Shown: one piece after another, positions 62,945-64,000 of the stretch
How positions within the stretch are numbered: position 1 is the stretch's first letter
How the letters are laid out: each line of letters opens with the position of its first letter
NCBI RefSeq assembly: GCF_001194135.2
Contig: NC_068991.1
Span: 77,544,971-77,608,970, forward strand
From: Octopus bimaculoides
Lineage: Eukaryota
Direction: 5' to 3'
DNA length: 64,000 nucleotides
Notes under the pieces: model-generated
The model's input: only the letters and a program-made list of their open reading frames with translations
Databases searched by the model: none
Told to the model about the DNA's origin: nothing
Position numbers and translations under genes: made by a program

Positions 62945-63293
62945 GTGGCACTCCGTCGGTTATGACGATGAGGGTTCCAGTTGATCCGATCAATGGAACA
63001 GCCTGCTTGTGAAATTAACGTGCAAGTGGCTGAGCACTCCACAGACACGTGTACCCTTAATGTAGTTTTCAGGATGACACAAAGTGTGACAAAGCTGGCC
63101 CTTTGAAATAGAGGAAGAAAGAGTGTGAGAAAATTGTGGTGAAAGAGTACAGCAGGGTTTGCCTCCACCACCCCTTGCTGGAGCCTCGTGGAGCTTTTAT
63201 GTGTTTGTGCCCAATAAACACTCACAACGCCCAGTCTGGAAATTGAAACTATGATCCTATGACCACGAGTCTGCTGCCCTAACCACTGGGTCA
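62945..63293 (-). mobile_element. tRNA-derived SINE family X, near full length
   Basis: Reverse complement aligns to 412-779 (TGACCCAGTGGTTAGGGCAGCAGACTCGTGGTC...). Confidence 0.85.
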
Positions 63294-63648
63294 CATAGAT
63301 TAAGTGAGAGACAATTGTGCTGGTATGTAAATAGTAAGGTGTATAATACTAGATTGAATGGCAATATTATTTACTTACATGTGAGTAACTATAGTAATGA
63401 ACTAGAAATATAGTTTTACTAGCAAATGCTCTTTAAACAACCTGCTCTTTCTGTGAATAATAAGATCAGAGAAATGTTAAGACAAAAAAAGATAGACTGG
63501 CTGTTTAGACAAGCAGTATAATGATCACCCTAGCACGGGGATCGCATTGGTATGGATGAAATATTGCACGATTGATAGGGACTGCCAGTCTTTCCATTCT
63601 CTAATTGAAGAATTAATCTTGTAGTGATGCCTAGCATTTATTAAGGAA

Positions 63649-63674
63649 TCTATATATATAAAAATGAGAATGTG

Positions 63675-63721
<47 letters not shown>

Positions 63722-64000
63722 GTGAATCCCTAAAACTCGAGAACTACGCAACCAATTTCATTCAAATTTTACAGATGCCTTACTTAGGGTTCCAGTTGTG
63801 TTTTAGTCAAAAAAATTTTAACTTCTTGCAGAGTTCGAGCCCACAGCAACATAATATCTCCTCCACTATTTAAGTATTACGTGTCAAAAGTGAAACAAAA
63901 ACACTCATGTCAAATACTTTCACTTTAAAAATGAAACTATTCTACTAACTGAAACAATCACATTTCGATACTGTAATGACAGATACTTTCAGAGAGAGAG
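63649..64000 (+). mobile_element. Helitron-like non-autonomous element, 5' part (runs off the window)
   Basis: A|TCTATATATATAAAAATGAGAATG start, (TCTG)n tract, then AACTACGCAACCAATTTCATTCAAATTTTAC core; this is the architecture of Lep1/DINE-1-type elements. Confidence 0.65.

Overview
Eukaryotic, AT-rich, repeat-saturated draft-assembly DNA with about 13 N-gaps, many flanked by (TA)n. The SINE/RTE-tail/microsatellite landscape looks like an octopus (cephalopod) genome; that is my recognition, not a database result. I found no intact, identifiable protein-coding gene. The window is most likely intergenic or inside a very large intron, with one plausible orphan minus-strand exon (60105-60217). 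Recognisable content: several tRNA-derived SINE families; decayed RTE and R4/Dong-type LINE fragments; Tc1 and mariner fragments; hAT and TTAA MITEs; Helitron-like non-autonomous elements; mini- and microsatellites. The main unexplained signal is RNA structure. At least four sequence-unrelated families of minimal hammerhead-ribozyme (HHR) motifs occur between 27 and 59 kb (CUGANGA...GAAAC-palindrome-NUH, the Penelope-type dimerising form). Two families sit in head-to-head palindromes. One family is fused downstream of a tRNA-like Pol III head, i.e. a candidate ribozyme-carrying SINE. There is also a dense cluster of long fold-back palindromes (26.7-28.2 kb) and a TE-borne array of overlapping STAT(GAS)/NF-kB-like sites (52.8-53.0 kb). 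Ribozyme folds were made by eye and none has been tested. Element boundaries are approximate unless a TSD or TIR is given.
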